From: Steroidobacteraceae bacterium | GTDB taxonomy: Bacteria; Pseudomonadota; Gammaproteobacteria; Steroidobacterales; Steroidobacteraceae | Length of the DNA stretch: 64,000 nucleotides | Reading direction: 5' to 3' | NCBI GenBank assembly: GCA_035625615.1 | Contig: DASPPI010000056.1 | Location: 2,208-66,207, forward strand | In this document: positions 9,812 through 19,831 of the stretch, piece after piece | Numbering within the stretch: position 1 is the first letter of the stretch | Layout of the letters: every line of letters starts with the position of its first letter | The notes under the pieces: generated by a model | Database searches by the model: none | What the model was told of the DNA's origin: nothing | What the model saw: only the letters and a program-made list of their open reading frames with translations | Program-made: the position numbers and the translations under genes

Positions 9812-12391
9812 GTGATCAGCACCCCCTCGCCGTGGATCGTGCTTAAGTTCGGCGGCACCAGCGTCTCGAGCCTGACGAACTGGAACAACATCGCGCAGGT
9901 GGCCGCGGCGCGCCGTGCGAGCGGGGCGCGCGTGCTTATCGTCCACTCGGCTATCTCGGGTGTGACCGACCGCCTGGAACGGCTGCTCGAATCCGCCCTC
10001 GGCCAGACGGCGGAGCCGGAGCTGCGTGCCATCGAGGAGCGTCACCGGCGCCTCGCCGCCGAGCTCGGCGTCGACCCGGGTGAGGAGCTCGAGGGTGAAC
10101 TCGCCGAGCTGCGCACGAAGGCCGGCGAAGTCGCGCGGCTTGGGCAGGTGAGCGACCGCAGCCGCGCGCGGGTCATGGCGAGCGGTGAGCTGATGGCGAC
10201 TCGCATCGGCGCGCGCTTTCTAGCGGCCCGCGGGCTCGATGTACGCTGGGCCGACGCGCGCACCATGCTGCGCGCCGAGCCCCACGGCGCCTCGGCCAAG
10301 GCGAGCGTGCTCTCGGCCGTGTGCGCCTTTGCGCCGGACGCGGCCCTGCAGGCGCAGCTCGCCGGCGCCGCCGTCGTGGTCACGCAGGGCTTCATCGCCA
10401 GCGACGAGCAGGGCCACACCGTGCTCCTCGGGCGCGGCGGCTCGGACACCTCGGCAGCGTATCTGGCGGCGAAGCTGCAGGCGCAGCGCCTGGAGATCTG
10501 GACGGATGTGCCCGGCATGTTCAGCGCCAACCCGCGCGCGACGCCGAGTGCGCGGCTGCTGCGCACGCTGCATTACGACGAGGCGCAGGAGATCGCCACC
10601 AGCGGGGCGAAGGTGCTGCACCCGCGCTGCATCCTGCCGGTGCGCCAGTACGGCATCCCGCTGCATGTTCATGCCACCCAGGCGCCGGACCTGGAGGGCA
10701 CGGTGCTCACCGCCGCAGGCGCCGACGGCGCGCCCCAGGTGAAGGCGGTGTGCAGCCGCAAGGGCATCACGCTCATCTCGCTGGAGAGCCCCGGCATGTG
10801 GCACCAGGTCGGATTTCTGGCGGATGCCTTCCAGGTGTTCAAGCAGCACGGCATGTCGGTCGACTTGGTGTCGACTTCGGAGACCAATGTCACCGTGTCG
10901 CTCGATCCGGCCGCCAACGCCCTCGACAACACGCTGGTCGCGAATCTGGTGACGGACCTGTCACGCCTGTGCCGCGTGCAGGTGATCGGCCCGTGCGCCT
11001 CGGTGAGTCTCGTCGGGCGCAACATTCGTGCGATCCTGCATCAGCTCGGCGGCGCACTCGAGTTCTTCGAGGAGCAGAAGATCTACCTGGTGAGCCAGGC
11101 CGCCAACGACTTGAACTTCACCTTCGTCGTCGACGAGGATCAGGGCGATCGCCTCGTCGGGCAGCTGCACGAGCTGCTCATCCGTCCGGTACCCGGCGAC
11201 AAGGTACTAGGCCCGAGCTGGCAGGAACTCTTCTCGCAGCCCCCGGACGCTGCGGCTGCCGACGCCCCCTGGTGGCGCGTGAAGCGCGCCGAGCTGCTCG
11301 CCGCGCTGGGCGAGGAGGATGCCGCGTTCGTTTACGACCTCGACGTGGTGCGCACGGCGGCCCGCGCGCTGCGCTCGCTCGGCTCCCTCGCCCGCGTGCA
11401 CTACTCGGTGAAGGCCAACCCGCACCCGCAGGTGCTGCGCGCGTTGCGCACCCAAGGCATCGAGTTCGAGTGCGTCTCGCGCGGGGAGGTCGAACGGGTG
11501 CTCGAGCTCTTTCCCGAGCTCGAGCCGCAGCGGCTGCTGTACACGCCGAACTTCGCTCCGCGCGCCGAGTACGCCTGGGCGCTCGGGCGCGGCGTACGCG
11601 TCACGGTGGATAGCGCTTACGCGCTCGCGGCATGGCCGGAGCTGTTCCGCGGACACGAGATCTTCGTGCGCCTCGACCCCGGCGTCGGCCGCGGCCACCA
11701 CACACACGTGCGCACCGCCGGCAGCCGCTCGAAGTTCGGCGTGCCGATTGCGGAGCTTCCGGCGCTGGCACGCCAGGCGCGCGACGCCGGAGCACGTCTC
11801 ATCGGTTTGCAGGCGCACGTCGGCAGCGGCATTTTCGACGTGACGAGCTGGGAGCATACGGCGCGGCTGCTGGCGGCGGCCGCGCACGATCTGCCGGGGC
11901 TCGCGATCATCGACGTTGGTGGGGGCTTCGGCGTGCCGGAGCGGCCGGACCAGCCGGGCGTCGACCTCGCCCGGCTCGACTCGCTGCTCGCGGCGGTGCG
12001 CGCCGCGCATCCGCACCTCGAGATCTGGATCGAGCCGGGGCGCTACCTGGTGGCGGCCGCGGGCGTGCTGCTCGCGCGCGTGACGCAGCTCAAGGCCAAG
12101 GGCGAGTTGCGCTTCGTCGGCATCGCGACCGGCATGAACTCGCTGATCCGTCCGGCGCTGTACGGCGCCTGGCACGAGATAGCGAACCTCACCCGTGCGG
12201 ATGAGCGCGCGAGCGAGCTGGTGAGCGTCGTCGGTCCGATCTGCGAGAGCGCCGACGTGCTCGGGCACGACCGGCTGCTGCCGGCCACGCGCGAAGGCGA
12301 CGTGCTGCTGATCGCGAACGCCGGCGCTTACGGGCATGCCATGAGCTCGCATTACAACCTGCGCGACCCCGCCGCGGAGCGGTTCATCTGA
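9812..12391 (+). CDS. Bifunctional aspartate kinase / diaminopimelate decarboxylase (LysC-LysA fusion)
   Basis: 859 aa. The N-terminal half is an aspartokinase (VLKFGGTSV, GRGGSDTSA, ACT-like region). The C-terminal half is a PLP-dependent Orn/DAP decarboxylase (HYSVKANPHP, GGGFGVP, ICESADVLG). Confidence 0.85.
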   Translation: MISTPSPWIVLKFGGTSVSSLTNWNNIAQVAAARRASGARVLIVHSAISGVTDRLERLLESALGQTAEPELRAIEERHRRLAAELGVDPGEELEGELAELRTKAGEVARLGQVSDRSRARVMASGELMATRIGARFLAARGLDVRWADARTMLRAEPHGASAKASVLSAVCAFAPDAALQAQLAGAAVVVTQGFIASDEQGHTVLLGRGGSDTSAAYLAAKLQAQRLEIWTDVPGMFSANPRATPSARLLRTLHYDEAQEIATSGAKVLHPRCILPVRQYGIPLHVHATQAPDLEGTVLTAAGADGAPQVKAVCSRKGITLISLESPGMWHQVGFLADAFQVFKQHGMSVDLVSTSETNVTVSLDPAANALDNTLVANLVTDLSRLCRVQVIGPCASVSLVGRNIRAILHQLGGALEFFEEQKIYLVSQAANDLNFTFVVDEDQGDRLVGQLHELLIRPVPGDKVLGPSWQELFSQPPDAAAADAPWWRVKRAELLAALGEEDAAFVYDLDVVRTAARALRSLGSLARVHYSVKANPHPQVLRALRTQGIEFECVSRGEVERVLELFPELEPQRLLYTPNFAPRAEYAWALGRGVRVTVDSAYALAAWPELFRGHEIFVRLDPGVGRGHHTHVRTAGSRSKFGVPIAELPALARQARDAGARLIGLQAHVGSGIFDVTSWEHTARLLAAAAHDLPGLAIIDVGGGFGVPERPDQPGVDLARLDSLLAAVRAAHPHLEIWIEPGRYLVAAAGVLLARVTQLKAKGELRFVGIATGMNSLIRPALYGAWHEIANLTRADERASELVSVVGPICESADVLGHDRLLPATREGDVLLIANAGAYGHAMSSHYNLRDPAAERFI

Positions 12392-12396
12392 AGAAG

Positions 12397-14661
12397 GTGC
12401 TGCTCACGGTCCTGGGCGCCGCGCTGCTGCTGGCGGCCTGGTACGCGGTGTACCTCGATCGGCTGGTGGTCAAGCAGTTCGAAGGCCGCCGCTGGACACT
12501 GCCGGCGCAGGTGTACGCGGCTCCCCTCGAGCTCTATGAAGGCCTCGCACTCACCCTGCCGGAGCTCGAGCACGAGCTGCAGCGGCTGCACTACCGGCGC
12601 GCCGACCGGCCCGACCGCCCGGGCACCTACCGTCTGCAGGGTGAGCACATCGACGTGGCGCTGCGGCCAGCGCGTTTTGCGGAGGAAACACGCGCGGCCG
12701 AGTTGCTGACCATCACCGGCGGCGCAAACGGCATCGGGAGCCTGCGCGACAGTGCGGGCGGCGAGGTGCCGGTGCTGCGCCTCGAGCCGCTGCTGATCGG
12801 CAGCATCTTCCCCATCCACGGCGAGGACCGCATCGTCGTGTCGCCCGAGGAGGTTCCGCTGCTGCTGCCGCCGGCGCTCAAGGCGATCGAGGATCGCAAG
12901 TTCAACACCCATCACGGCATCGATCCGCTGGCGATGCTGCGCGCGGCCTGGGTCAATGTGCGTGCCGGCCAGATCGAGCAGGGCGGCAGCACGCTCACGC
13001 AGCAGCTGGTGCGCAGCTACTTCCTCGATTCGCGTCAGACACTGTGGCGCAAGCTGCGCGAGGCGGTGATGGCAATGGCGCTGGATGCGCACTTCACCAA
13101 GGCCGATCTCATGAACGCCTATATCAACGAGATCTTCCTCGGCCAGGACGGCGACCGCGCGATTCACGGCTTCGGGCTGGCGAGCCAGTTCTATTTCGGC
13201 AAGCCGCTCGCTGAGCTCGATCTCGCGGAGGTCTCGCTGCTGGTCGCCATCGTGCGCGGACCCTCCTTCTACGACCCGCGACGCCATCCCGAGCGCGCCC
13301 TGGCGCGGCGCAACCTGGTGCTCAGGGAGATGGCGGACCAGGCGGTCATCAGCCGCGCCGACGCGGACGCCGCCACGCACCGCCCGCTCGGCGTCACCGC
13401 GCGCCCGGCCGGCGCCTACTACCCGGCCTACCTCGATTTCGTCCGCCGCACACTGCGGCGCGACTATCACGAAGAAGACCTGACGGAAGCGGGCCTGCGC
13501 ATCTACACCAGCCTCGATCCGCGTGCGCAGGATCAGGCCGAGCGCGCGCTCGAGCATGAGCTCGCGCGGCTTGACCGGCTGCGCAAGGATCCCGGCTCCG
13601 CCCTCGAGGGCGCAGTGGTCGTCACCACGCCGCAAAGCGGGGACGTGGTCGCGATCGTCGGCGGGCGCGACGTCGGCTACGACGGCTTCGACCGGGCGCT
13701 CGATGCGCGCCGCTCCATGGGCTCGCTGGTGAAGCCCTTCATCTACCTGACCGCGCTCGAGAGTGGACGCTACAACGCCGCCACCGTGGTACAGGATGCC
13801 CCGATCGACATGAAGCTGGCGAACGGCACGCACTGGAAGCCGGAGAACTTCACCCGCCAGGTCTATGGTCCTGTGCCGGTGGTACGGGCGCTGGCGGAGT
13901 CGCTCAACCTCGCCACCGTGGGCGTGGGGCTCAGCCTGGGACTCCCGAAGGTGGCGCAGACCCTGCAGCGGTTCGGGCTGCCGCGGCCACCCGCGCAGGT
14001 GCCGGCGATGCTGCTCGGTGCCATCGACCTGACCCCGCTCGAGGCCGCCCAGCTTTTCAACGGCCTCGCAAACGGAGGCTTTCACAACCCGCTGCGCGCC
14101 GTGCGCGCCGTGGTGAGCGCCGAGGGCAAGCCGCTCAAAGCCTTCCCGCTGGAGGTGACGCAGGTCGCCTCGCCCGAGGCGATCTATCAGCTCAACCGCT
14201 TGCTGGTGCTCGTCATGGACCACGGTACCGGCCGCGCCGCGCGCACCCTGCTGCCGGCGGATCTGGTGGTGGCCGGCAAGTCGGGTACGTCCTCCGAGTA
14301 CCGCGACAGCTGGTTTGCCGGATTCTCGGGCGCGCATCTCGCGGTCGTGTGGGTGGGCTACGACGATGATGAGCCGACCGGGCTCACCGGTTCCGCCGGA
14401 GCGCTGCCGGTGTGGGCCCACATCATGGCGGGCCTCGGGACCCGCTCCTGGAATGCGCCGATGCCGGAGTCGCTCGCCGAGGTTCACCTCGAATACCCGA
14501 CGGGGCTGCGCGTCGTGCCGGGATGCTCGCAGGACATCGTGGCCGTGGCGGTGCCGGCCGACGCGCCGCTGCCGCCGAGACCCGGCTGCGGCTTCCTGGA
14601 TGAGGCCGCGCCGGGCTTGCTCGAGCGCGCGCAACGGTGGCTGCACACCATCGTGCACTGA
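12397..14661 (+). CDS. mrcB: Penicillin-binding protein 1B (bifunctional glycosyltransferase/transpeptidase)
   Basis: It has an N-terminal TM segment and a UB2H-like segment. GT51 motifs are EDRKFNTHHGID and GGSTLTQQL. The transpeptidase motifs include SMGSLVKP and a KSGTS box. The GTG start is at 12397. Confidence 0.85.
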   Translation: MLLTVLGAALLLAAWYAVYLDRLVVKQFEGRRWTLPAQVYAAPLELYEGLALTLPELEHELQRLHYRRADRPDRPGTYRLQGEHIDVALRPARFAEETRAAELLTITGGANGIGSLRDSAGGEVPVLRLEPLLIGSIFPIHGEDRIVVSPEEVPLLLPPALKAIEDRKFNTHHGIDPLAMLRAAWVNVRAGQIEQGGSTLTQQLVRSYFLDSRQTLWRKLREAVMAMALDAHFTKADLMNAYINEIFLGQDGDRAIHGFGLASQFYFGKPLAELDLAEVSLLVAIVRGPSFYDPRRHPERALARRNLVLREMADQAVISRADADAATHRPLGVTARPAGAYYPAYLDFVRRTLRRDYHEEDLTEAGLRIYTSLDPRAQDQAERALEHELARLDRLRKDPGSALEGAVVVTTPQSGDVVAIVGGRDVGYDGFDRALDARRSMGSLVKPFIYLTALESGRYNAATVVQDAPIDMKLANGTHWKPENFTRQVYGPVPVVRALAESLNLATVGVGLSLGLPKVAQTLQRFGLPRPPAQVPAMLLGAIDLTPLEAAQLFNGLANGGFHNPLRAVRAVVSAEGKPLKAFPLEVTQVASPEAIYQLNRLLVLVMDHGTGRAARTLLPADLVVAGKSGTSSEYRDSWFAGFSGAHLAVVWVGYDDDEPTGLTGSAGALPVWAHIMAGLGTRSWNAPMPESLAEVHLEYPTGLRVVPGCSQDIVAVAVPADAPLPPRPGCGFLDEAAPGLLERAQRWLHTIVH

Positions 14662-14720
14662 GGGGGCTGCCCGGCGCGCCCCCGCCAGTGCGGGCAGGGC
14701 GCCGTCGCTATCATCCCGGT

Positions 14721-15248
14721 ATGCGCTCGCTGATCACCGTCCTGATGGCCACCGGCCTTTCAGCCTGCGCACTGCTGCGTCCGGCCGTCCCACCACCAGT
14801 CCAGGGACCAGGCGGAGGATCGCCGTTGGGTACGGCGCAGCCCTCGGCAACCGCTCCCGCCGTGCCCGCGCCGCCGCCGGCCGAGCATCCGGCCGCGCCG
14901 CCCCCGCGGCAGTTTCACCTCGGCTCGGCCGCGAGCGCGCTCGTCGCTCAGGCACACCGCCAGAGCGACGGCGGCGACTATGGGCAAGCGGCCGCGACGC
15001 TCGAGCGCGCACTGCGCATCGAGCCGGACAACCCGCTGCTTTGGATCGAGCTCGGCCGCGTGCGCATGGGGGAGAACAACCCGGCGCAGGCCGACGCCAT
15101 GGGTCGCAAGGCACTCAGCCTCGCCACCGGCGACCCCTCGGCCCAGGCCTCCGCCTGGCGCCTCATCGCCGACTCGCTGCGCGCGCGCGGCCGCAACGGC
15201 GACGCCTACGAGGCCGACCGTCGTGCCGCAGGCCTGTCCCCCCGCTGA
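14721..15248 (+). CDS. lpoP: Outer-membrane TPR lipoprotein, LpoP-like candidate PBP1B activator
   Basis: It has a lipobox (LMATGLSAC), a Pro/Ala-rich linker of roughly 50 aa, and a C-terminal TPR-like region (GDYGQAAATLERALRIEPDNPLLWIELGRV...). It lies immediately downstream of mrcB, as lpoP does in Pseudomonas. Confidence 0.55.
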   Translation: MRSLITVLMATGLSACALLRPAVPPPVQGPGGGSPLGTAQPSATAPAVPAPPPAEHPAAPPPRQFHLGSAASALVAQAHRQSDGGDYGQAAATLERALRIEPDNPLLWIELGRVRMGENNPAQADAMGRKALSLATGDPSAQASAWRLIADSLRARGRNGDAYEADRRAAGLSPR

Positions 15249-15297
15249 CGGCGCCGTGCTCGACCGGCTTGCGCGCGGCCCGTCCGCCCCCTAGACT

Positions 15298-15425
15298 CTC
15301 TTTTACTCATCGAGACCGGCTGAGGGATAGGCCCTTAGACGCCGGGGCAACCGCCAGGCTCAACCACCCTGGGAAGGTGCCAACTCCTGCGACACGCCGG
15401 CACGGGTGTCGACAGATGAGCGGTC
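15298..15425 (+). promoter_or_regulatory. SAM-I (S-box) riboswitch aptamer
   Basis: The P1 arms are CUCAUC and GAUGAG. Conserved cores are present: GAGGGA, GGCCC, GGCAACC and GGUGCCAACUCCUGC, against the consensus GGUGCUAAUUCCAGC. It lies upstream of a methionine-biosynthesis gene. Confidence 0.8.
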
Positions 15426-15547
15426 AGCGTGGCCCGGCCAGTCCGCACGGAATGGTCAGGATGGACGTGACAGGGTTCGCCCGTCCCGGGCGGACCGCGC
15501 TCCGCAGGAGGCCGGTGAGAACGGGCCTTGAGCTAGCGGAGCATCCA

Positions 15548-16792
15548 GTGAACACAGTCCCTGATCCTTACGCGCCCTGGGAAGCGGCAGCCAACAGCCG
15601 CGCGAGCCCGATCACGCAGGCGGTGCGCGCCGGCATCGAGTGCGATGAGACGACCGGCTGCGTCGTGCCGCCGCTGCATCTGTCCTCGACGTTCGCGTAT
15701 CGCGCCTTCGGCGAGAGGCGCACCTACGACTACACGCGCTCGGGCAACCCCACGCGCGACCTGCTGGCCACGGCGCTGGCGGAGCTCGAGCACGGCACGG
15801 GCGCCGTCGTCACGGCGAGCGGCATGGCGGCGGTCACGCTGGTCGGGTATCTCGTGCCGCCCGGCGCGCGCATCGTCGCGCCGCACGATTGCTATGGCGG
15901 GACCTACCGGCTGTTCGATGCCTGGCGGCGCCGCGGCGAGCGGCAGGTGGAATTCATCGATTTCGGCGACGAGGCGGCGCTGCGCCGGGCGCTGTCGCAG
16001 CCGGCGGCCCTCGTGTGGATCGAGACTCCGAGCAACCCGCTGCTGCGCATCACCGACATCACGGCCGTCGCCTCACTCGGACACGCGTGCGGGGCACTGG
16101 TGGCGGTCGACAACACCTTCCTGTCACCGGCGTGGCAGCAGCCGCTCACGCTCGGCGCCGATCTGGTGGTGCACTCGACCACCAAGTATCTGAACGGTCA
16201 CAGCGACGTGGTCGGCGGGGCGGTCGTCGCGCGCGACCCGCAGCTCACCGAGCAGCTGGTGTGGTGGGCGAACTGCCTGGGATTGACCGGCGCACCGTTC
16301 GACAGCTTCCTGACGCTCCGCGGACTGCGCACCCTGCACGCGCGGCTCGAGCATCACGGCCGCAACGCCGCAGCCCTGGCGCACTGGTTCGACGGCCAGA
16401 GCAACGTCACGCGCGTGTGGTACCCGGGCCTGGCCTCGCACCCGGGGCACGAGGTCGCCAGGCGCCAACAGCGCGGATTCGGCGCCATCGTGACCCTCGA
16501 GCTCGAGGGCGGACACGATGCGGTCCGCGCCTTCGTCTCCGGGCTCGAATGCTTCTCGCTCGCCGAATCCCTCGGCGGGGTGGAGAGCCTGGTCGCTCAT
16601 CCCGCGACCATGACGCACGCCGCCATGGATGGGCCGGCCCGCCAGCGCGCCGGCCTAACCGATGGACTGATCCGGCTGTCGATCGGGATCGAGGCGCTCG
16701 AGGATCTGCGCGCGGACCTGGCACGCGCGCTCGCCCGGGCGGCGAGCGTACTGAGCTCGCGCAGCGTCAGCCGGGTTGCCGCAGCCCGCTGA
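15548..16792 (+). CDS. metB: Cystathionine gamma-synthase-like Cys/Met-metabolism PLP enzyme
   Basis: Motifs [13 protein letters not shown] and [16 protein letters not shown] (PLP-lysine) are present. The GTG at 15548 lies 6 nt downstream of GGAG, and an alternative GTG is at 15515. The upstream part of the 825-aa ORF is spurious. Confidence 0.8.
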   Translation: MNTVPDPYAPWEAAANSRASPITQAVRAGIECDETTGCVVPPLHLSSTFAYRAFGERRTYDYTRSGNPTRDLLATALAELEHGTGAVVTASGMAAVTLVGYLVPPGARIVAPHDCYGGTYRLFDAWRRRGERQVEFIDFGDEAALRRALSQPAALVWIETPSNPLLRITDITAVASLGHACGALVAVDNTFLSPAWQQPLTLGADLVVHSTTKYLNGHSDVVGGAVVARDPQLTEQLVWWANCLGLTGAPFDSFLTLRGLRTLHARLEHHGRNAAALAHWFDGQSNVTRVWYPGLASHPGHEVARRQQRGFGAIVTLELEGGHDAVRAFVSGLECFSLAESLGGVESLVAHPATMTHAAMDGPARQRAGLTDGLIRLSIGIEALEDLRADLARALARAASVLSSRSVSRVAAAR

Positions 16793-17837
16793 GCACCGCA
16801 TCGCCCAGCTCGCGCGTCGAGCAACTGCGTGCCGCAGGCGCGGCGAGGTCGGGGGTACGGATCCCGCGCGCCAGCGCGTCGGCGACCGCCTGCTCGAGCC
16901 GGGCGGCTTCCGCGCTGAGGCCGAGCGAGTGGCGCAGCAGCAGCGCCACCGAGAGAATGGTGCCGCAGGGATTGGCGACGCCGCGCCCGGCGATGTCGGG
17001 GGCGGAGCCGTGTATCGGCTCGTAGATACCGCGCCGCCCCTCACCCAGCGAGGCGGACGGCAGCAATCCGAGGGAGCCCGCGAGCATCGAGGCCTCGTCG
17101 GTGAGGATGTCGCCGAACATGTTCTCGGTAACCAGCACGTCGAAATCGCGGGGGCTGCGGATCAGGTGCATGGCCGCCGCGTCCACCAGCATGTGCTCGA
17201 GGCTCACGTCGGGGAACTCCCGCGCGACGAGCTCCCGGGTCACCGCGCGCCACAGCCGCGAGGTCTCGAGCACGTTGGATTTGTCGATGGAGGTGAGCCG
17301 CCGGCGCCGCGCCTGTGCCAGCCGCGCCGCCACGCGCACGATGCGCTCGATTTCCGCGATCGTATAGATGCACAGGTCGCTGGCGCTCACCGCATCGCGG
17401 CGCTTGTCGCCGAAATAGATGCCGCCGGTGAGCTCACGCACGAACACCAGGTCGACGCCGGCGACGACCGCGGACTTAAGCGTCGAGGCGTCGCTGAGTG
17501 CCGGATGCACTTTGACCGGCCTCAGGTTCGCGAACGTCCCGAGTGCCTTGCGCAGCCGCAGCAGTCCGGCCTCGGGGCGCTGCGGCGCATCCGGAGCCGA
17601 CCACTTCGGCCCGCCGATCGCGCCCAGCAGAACCGCATCGGCCGCCAGGCACGCGCGCAGTGTCGCCTCCGGGAGCGGGTCGGCGTGCGAGTCGATGGCC
17701 GCCCCGCCGAAAGGCAGATGAGTGAGCGTGAACTGATGCCCATAAAGGTCCGCCACCGCCTCGAGGCAGCGCACCCCTTCGGCCACCACCTCTGGGCCGA
17801 TCCCGTCCCCGGGAAGCACCACGACGCGCGCCCTCAT
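16767..17837 (-). CDS. leuB: 3-isopropylmalate dehydrogenase
   Basis: [18 protein letters not shown]...; the product is 356 aa. Its ATG overlaps the leuD stop (ATGA). Confidence 0.9.
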   Translation of the reverse strand: MRARVVVLPGDGIGPEVVAEGVRCLEAVADLYGHQFTLTHLPFGGAAIDSHADPLPEATLRACLAADAVLLGAIGGPKWSAPDAPQRPEAGLLRLRKALGTFANLRPVKVHPALSDASTLKSAVVAGVDLVFVRELTGGIYFGDKRRDAVSASDLCIYTIAEIERIVRVAARLAQARRRRLTSIDKSNVLETSRLWRAVTRELVAREFPDVSLEHMLVDAAAMHLIRSPRDFDVLVTENMFGDILTDEASMLAGSLGLLPSASLGEGRRGIYEPIHGSAPDIAGRGVANPCGTILSVALLLRHSLGLSAEAARLEQAVADALARGIRTPDLAAPAARSCSTRELGDAVLSGLRQPG

Positions 17838-18406
17838 GTGCGGCGCTCGTAAGCCTCGATCTCGCCGGCGCGCGCCAGCAGGAACCCGAGCTCGTCGACT
17901 CCCTGGAGCAGGCAGTGGCGGGCGAACGCCTCGAGCGGGAAGCTCACGGTCGCACCGTCGGGAAGGGTGAGCGTTGAGCTGCCCAGGTCGAGCGTGACCG
18001 CAGCGCCGGGATGGGCGATGAGCCAGTCGCTCGTACCCTGATCGACGACCACCGGCAGCAGCCCGTTCTTGAGCGCGTTGTTCCTGAAGATGTCGGCGAT
18101 CTCGGTGCTGATCACGGCGCGAAAACCGTAGTCGAGCAGCGCCCACGCGGCATGCTCGCGTGAGGAACCGCAGCCGAAGTTGCGGCCGGCGACCAGGATG
18201 CGGGCACCAAGGCTCTCCGGGCGGTTGAGCGCGAAGTCCGGCCGCGGCACGTGCCGCTCGTCGTAGCGCCAGTCGGCGAACAACTGCTCGCCGAGCCCCG
18301 CGCGCGTGGTCGTGGTCAGGAAGCGCGCCGGAATGATCTGATCGGTGTCGATGTTGTCGCCCGGCAGCACCACGGTGCGCGAGGCGAGGCTCGTGAAAGG
18401 CTGCAT
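17834..18406 (-). CDS. leuD: 3-isopropylmalate dehydratase small subunit
   Basis: [18 protein letters not shown]...[17 protein letters not shown] is the LeuD signature. Confidence 0.9.
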   Translation of the reverse strand: MQPFTSLASRTVVLPGDNIDTDQIIPARFLTTTTRAGLGEQLFADWRYDERHVPRPDFALNRPESLGARILVAGRNFGCGSSREHAAWALLDYGFRAVISTEIADIFRNNALKNGLLPVVVDQGTSDWLIAHPGAAVTLDLGSSTLTLPDGATVSFPLEAFARHCLLQGVDELGFLLARAGEIEAYERRT

Positions 18407-18424
18407 GTCCGGCGCTTCCGACGG

Positions 18425-19831
18425 CTACAGCAGCTCGCGCGGGTCGGTGACGCGACCGCGCACCGCGCTCGCCGCGGCCGTGATGGGGCTCGCGAGCAGC
18501 GTGCGTGCGCCCGCACCCTGACGGCCCTCGAAGTTGCGGTTGCTGGTGCTGACGGAATACTGGCCGCGCCCGACCAGGTCGCCGTTCATGCCGAGGCACA
18601 TGGAGCAGCCGGACTCGCGCCACTGCGCGCCCGCCTCGAGAAACACCCGGTCGAGGCCTTCGGCTTCCGCCTGGCGCTTCACCTGTTGCGATCCAGGCAC
18701 GACCAGCATGGTCAGGCCCCGGGCGATGCGCCGCCCGCGCAGCACAGCAGCGGCACTGCGCAGGTCCGACAGGCGCGCATTGGTGCAGCTGCCGAGAAAC
18801 ACGACGTCAACCGGCTGGTCCTTGATCGGCGCCCCGGGGTTGAGGCCCATGTAGGCGAGGGCGCGACTGAAGACCGCGTCTCCGGGCCGCTGCGGGATCT
18901 CCCCGCCGATCGGAATCGCCATGCCGGGGTTGGTGCCATAAGTGATCATCGGCTCGACCGCGCCGGCGTCGATGCTCAGCTCGCGGTCGAAGCGCGCGCC
19001 GGCATCGCTCGGCAGCTCGCGCCACAACGCCAGCGCGCGCTCCCAGGCCTCGCCCCGGGGCGCACGCGGCCGCCCGCACAGGTAGGCGTAGGTGGTCTCG
19101 TCGGGTGCGATCATTCCGGCGCGCGCGCCGGCCTCGATCGACATGTTGCAGACGGTCATGCGCTCCTCCATGTCGAGGGCGCGCACGGTTGCGCCGCGAT
19201 ACTCGATGACGTGACCGGTTCCGCCTGCGACACCCAGGCGGCCGATGATCGTCAGGATCAGGTCCTTGGCGGTGACGCCGGCGCCGAGTGCGCCGTCGAC
19301 GTTGACGGCGAGCGTGCGCGGCTTGCGCTGCAACAGGCATTGCGTCGCGAGCACGTGGCCGACCTCGGTGGTGCCGATGCCGAAAGCGAGCGCCCCGACG
19401 GCCCCGTGCGTACTGGTGTGGCTGTCGCCGCACACGATGGTCATACCCGGCTGGGTCAGCCCGAGCTCGGGCCCGATGACGTGCACGATGCCCCGCTCGG
19501 CGTGGGTCATGCCGAGCAGCTCGAGGGCGAACTCCGCGCAGTTGGCCTCGAGCTCACGCACCTGGCGCGCCGCCGACTCGATGGCGATCGGCGCCCCGCC
19601 GAAGACCTGAGCGGTGAGTGTCGGGACGGAGTGGTCCATGGTGGCCAGGGTCCGCTCCGGGCGGCGCACGCGTAGCCCCCGCTCGCGCAGCACCGCGAAC
19701 GCCTGGGGCGAGGTCACTTCGTGGATGAGGTGCAGGTCGATGTAGAGCACCGCGGGCGTCGCCTCGCTCTCGGCGCTCACCTCGTGCCGCTGCCAGACCT
19801 TGTCGAACAGGGTTTGCGGTGCGCGCGCCAT
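18425..19831 (-). CDS. leuC: 3-isopropylmalate dehydratase large subunit
   Basis: [18 protein letters not shown]...[12 protein letters not shown]...[11 protein letters not shown] are aconitase-family motifs. The ATG overlaps the ilvE stop. Confidence 0.9.
   Translation of the reverse strand: MARAPQTLFDKVWQRHEVSAESEATPAVLYIDLHLIHEVTSPQAFAVLRERGLRVRRPERTLATMDHSVPTLTAQVFGGAPIAIESAARQVRELEANCAEFALELLGMTHAERGIVHVIGPELGLTQPGMTIVCGDSHTSTHGAVGALAFGIGTTEVGHVLATQCLLQRKPRTLAVNVDGALGAGVTAKDLILTIIGRLGVAGGTGHVIEYRGATVRALDMEERMTVCNMSIEAGARAGMIAPDETTYAYLCGRPRAPRGEAWERALALWRELPSDAGARFDRELSIDAGAVEPMITYGTNPGMAIPIGGEIPQRPGDAVFSRALAYMGLNPGAPIKDQPVDVVFLGSCTNARLSDLRSAAAVLRGRRIARGLTMLVVPGSQQVKRQAEAEGLDRVFLEAGAQWRESGCSMCLGMNGDLVGRGQYSVSTSNRNFEGRQGAGARTLLASPITAAASAVRGRVTDPRELL

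Noticed and set aside
12352-14658. A 768-aa minus-strand ORF antisense to mrcB. Similar long antisense ORFs occur at 35104-36978, 38375-40240, 41700-43448, 60831-62930 and 7942-9003.
   Set aside because: Their composition is biased toward Arg/Ala/Gly/Pro and they have no domain signatures. Each mirrors a strongly supported gene on the other strand.
14315-16792. An 825-aa ORF in the supplied track spanning the mrcB 3' end, the lipoprotein gene, the riboswitch and metB.
   Set aside because: Only the last ~414 codons look like a real protein (MetB). The upstream part is Arg/Pro/Ala-rich high-GC read-through that overlaps well-supported genes in other frames and the SAM-I aptamer.
16767-18623. 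A 618-aa ORF fusing leuB with an upstream extension across leuD. Analogous N-terminal extensions occur for gspK (46834-48768), holB (57267-59237), pabC (54460-56586), etfA, etfB, leuC and the aminotransferase.
   Set aside because: Homology-like sequence begins only at internal start codons that sit at ATGA/GTGA junctions with the preceding gene. The extensions overlap real genes in other frames.
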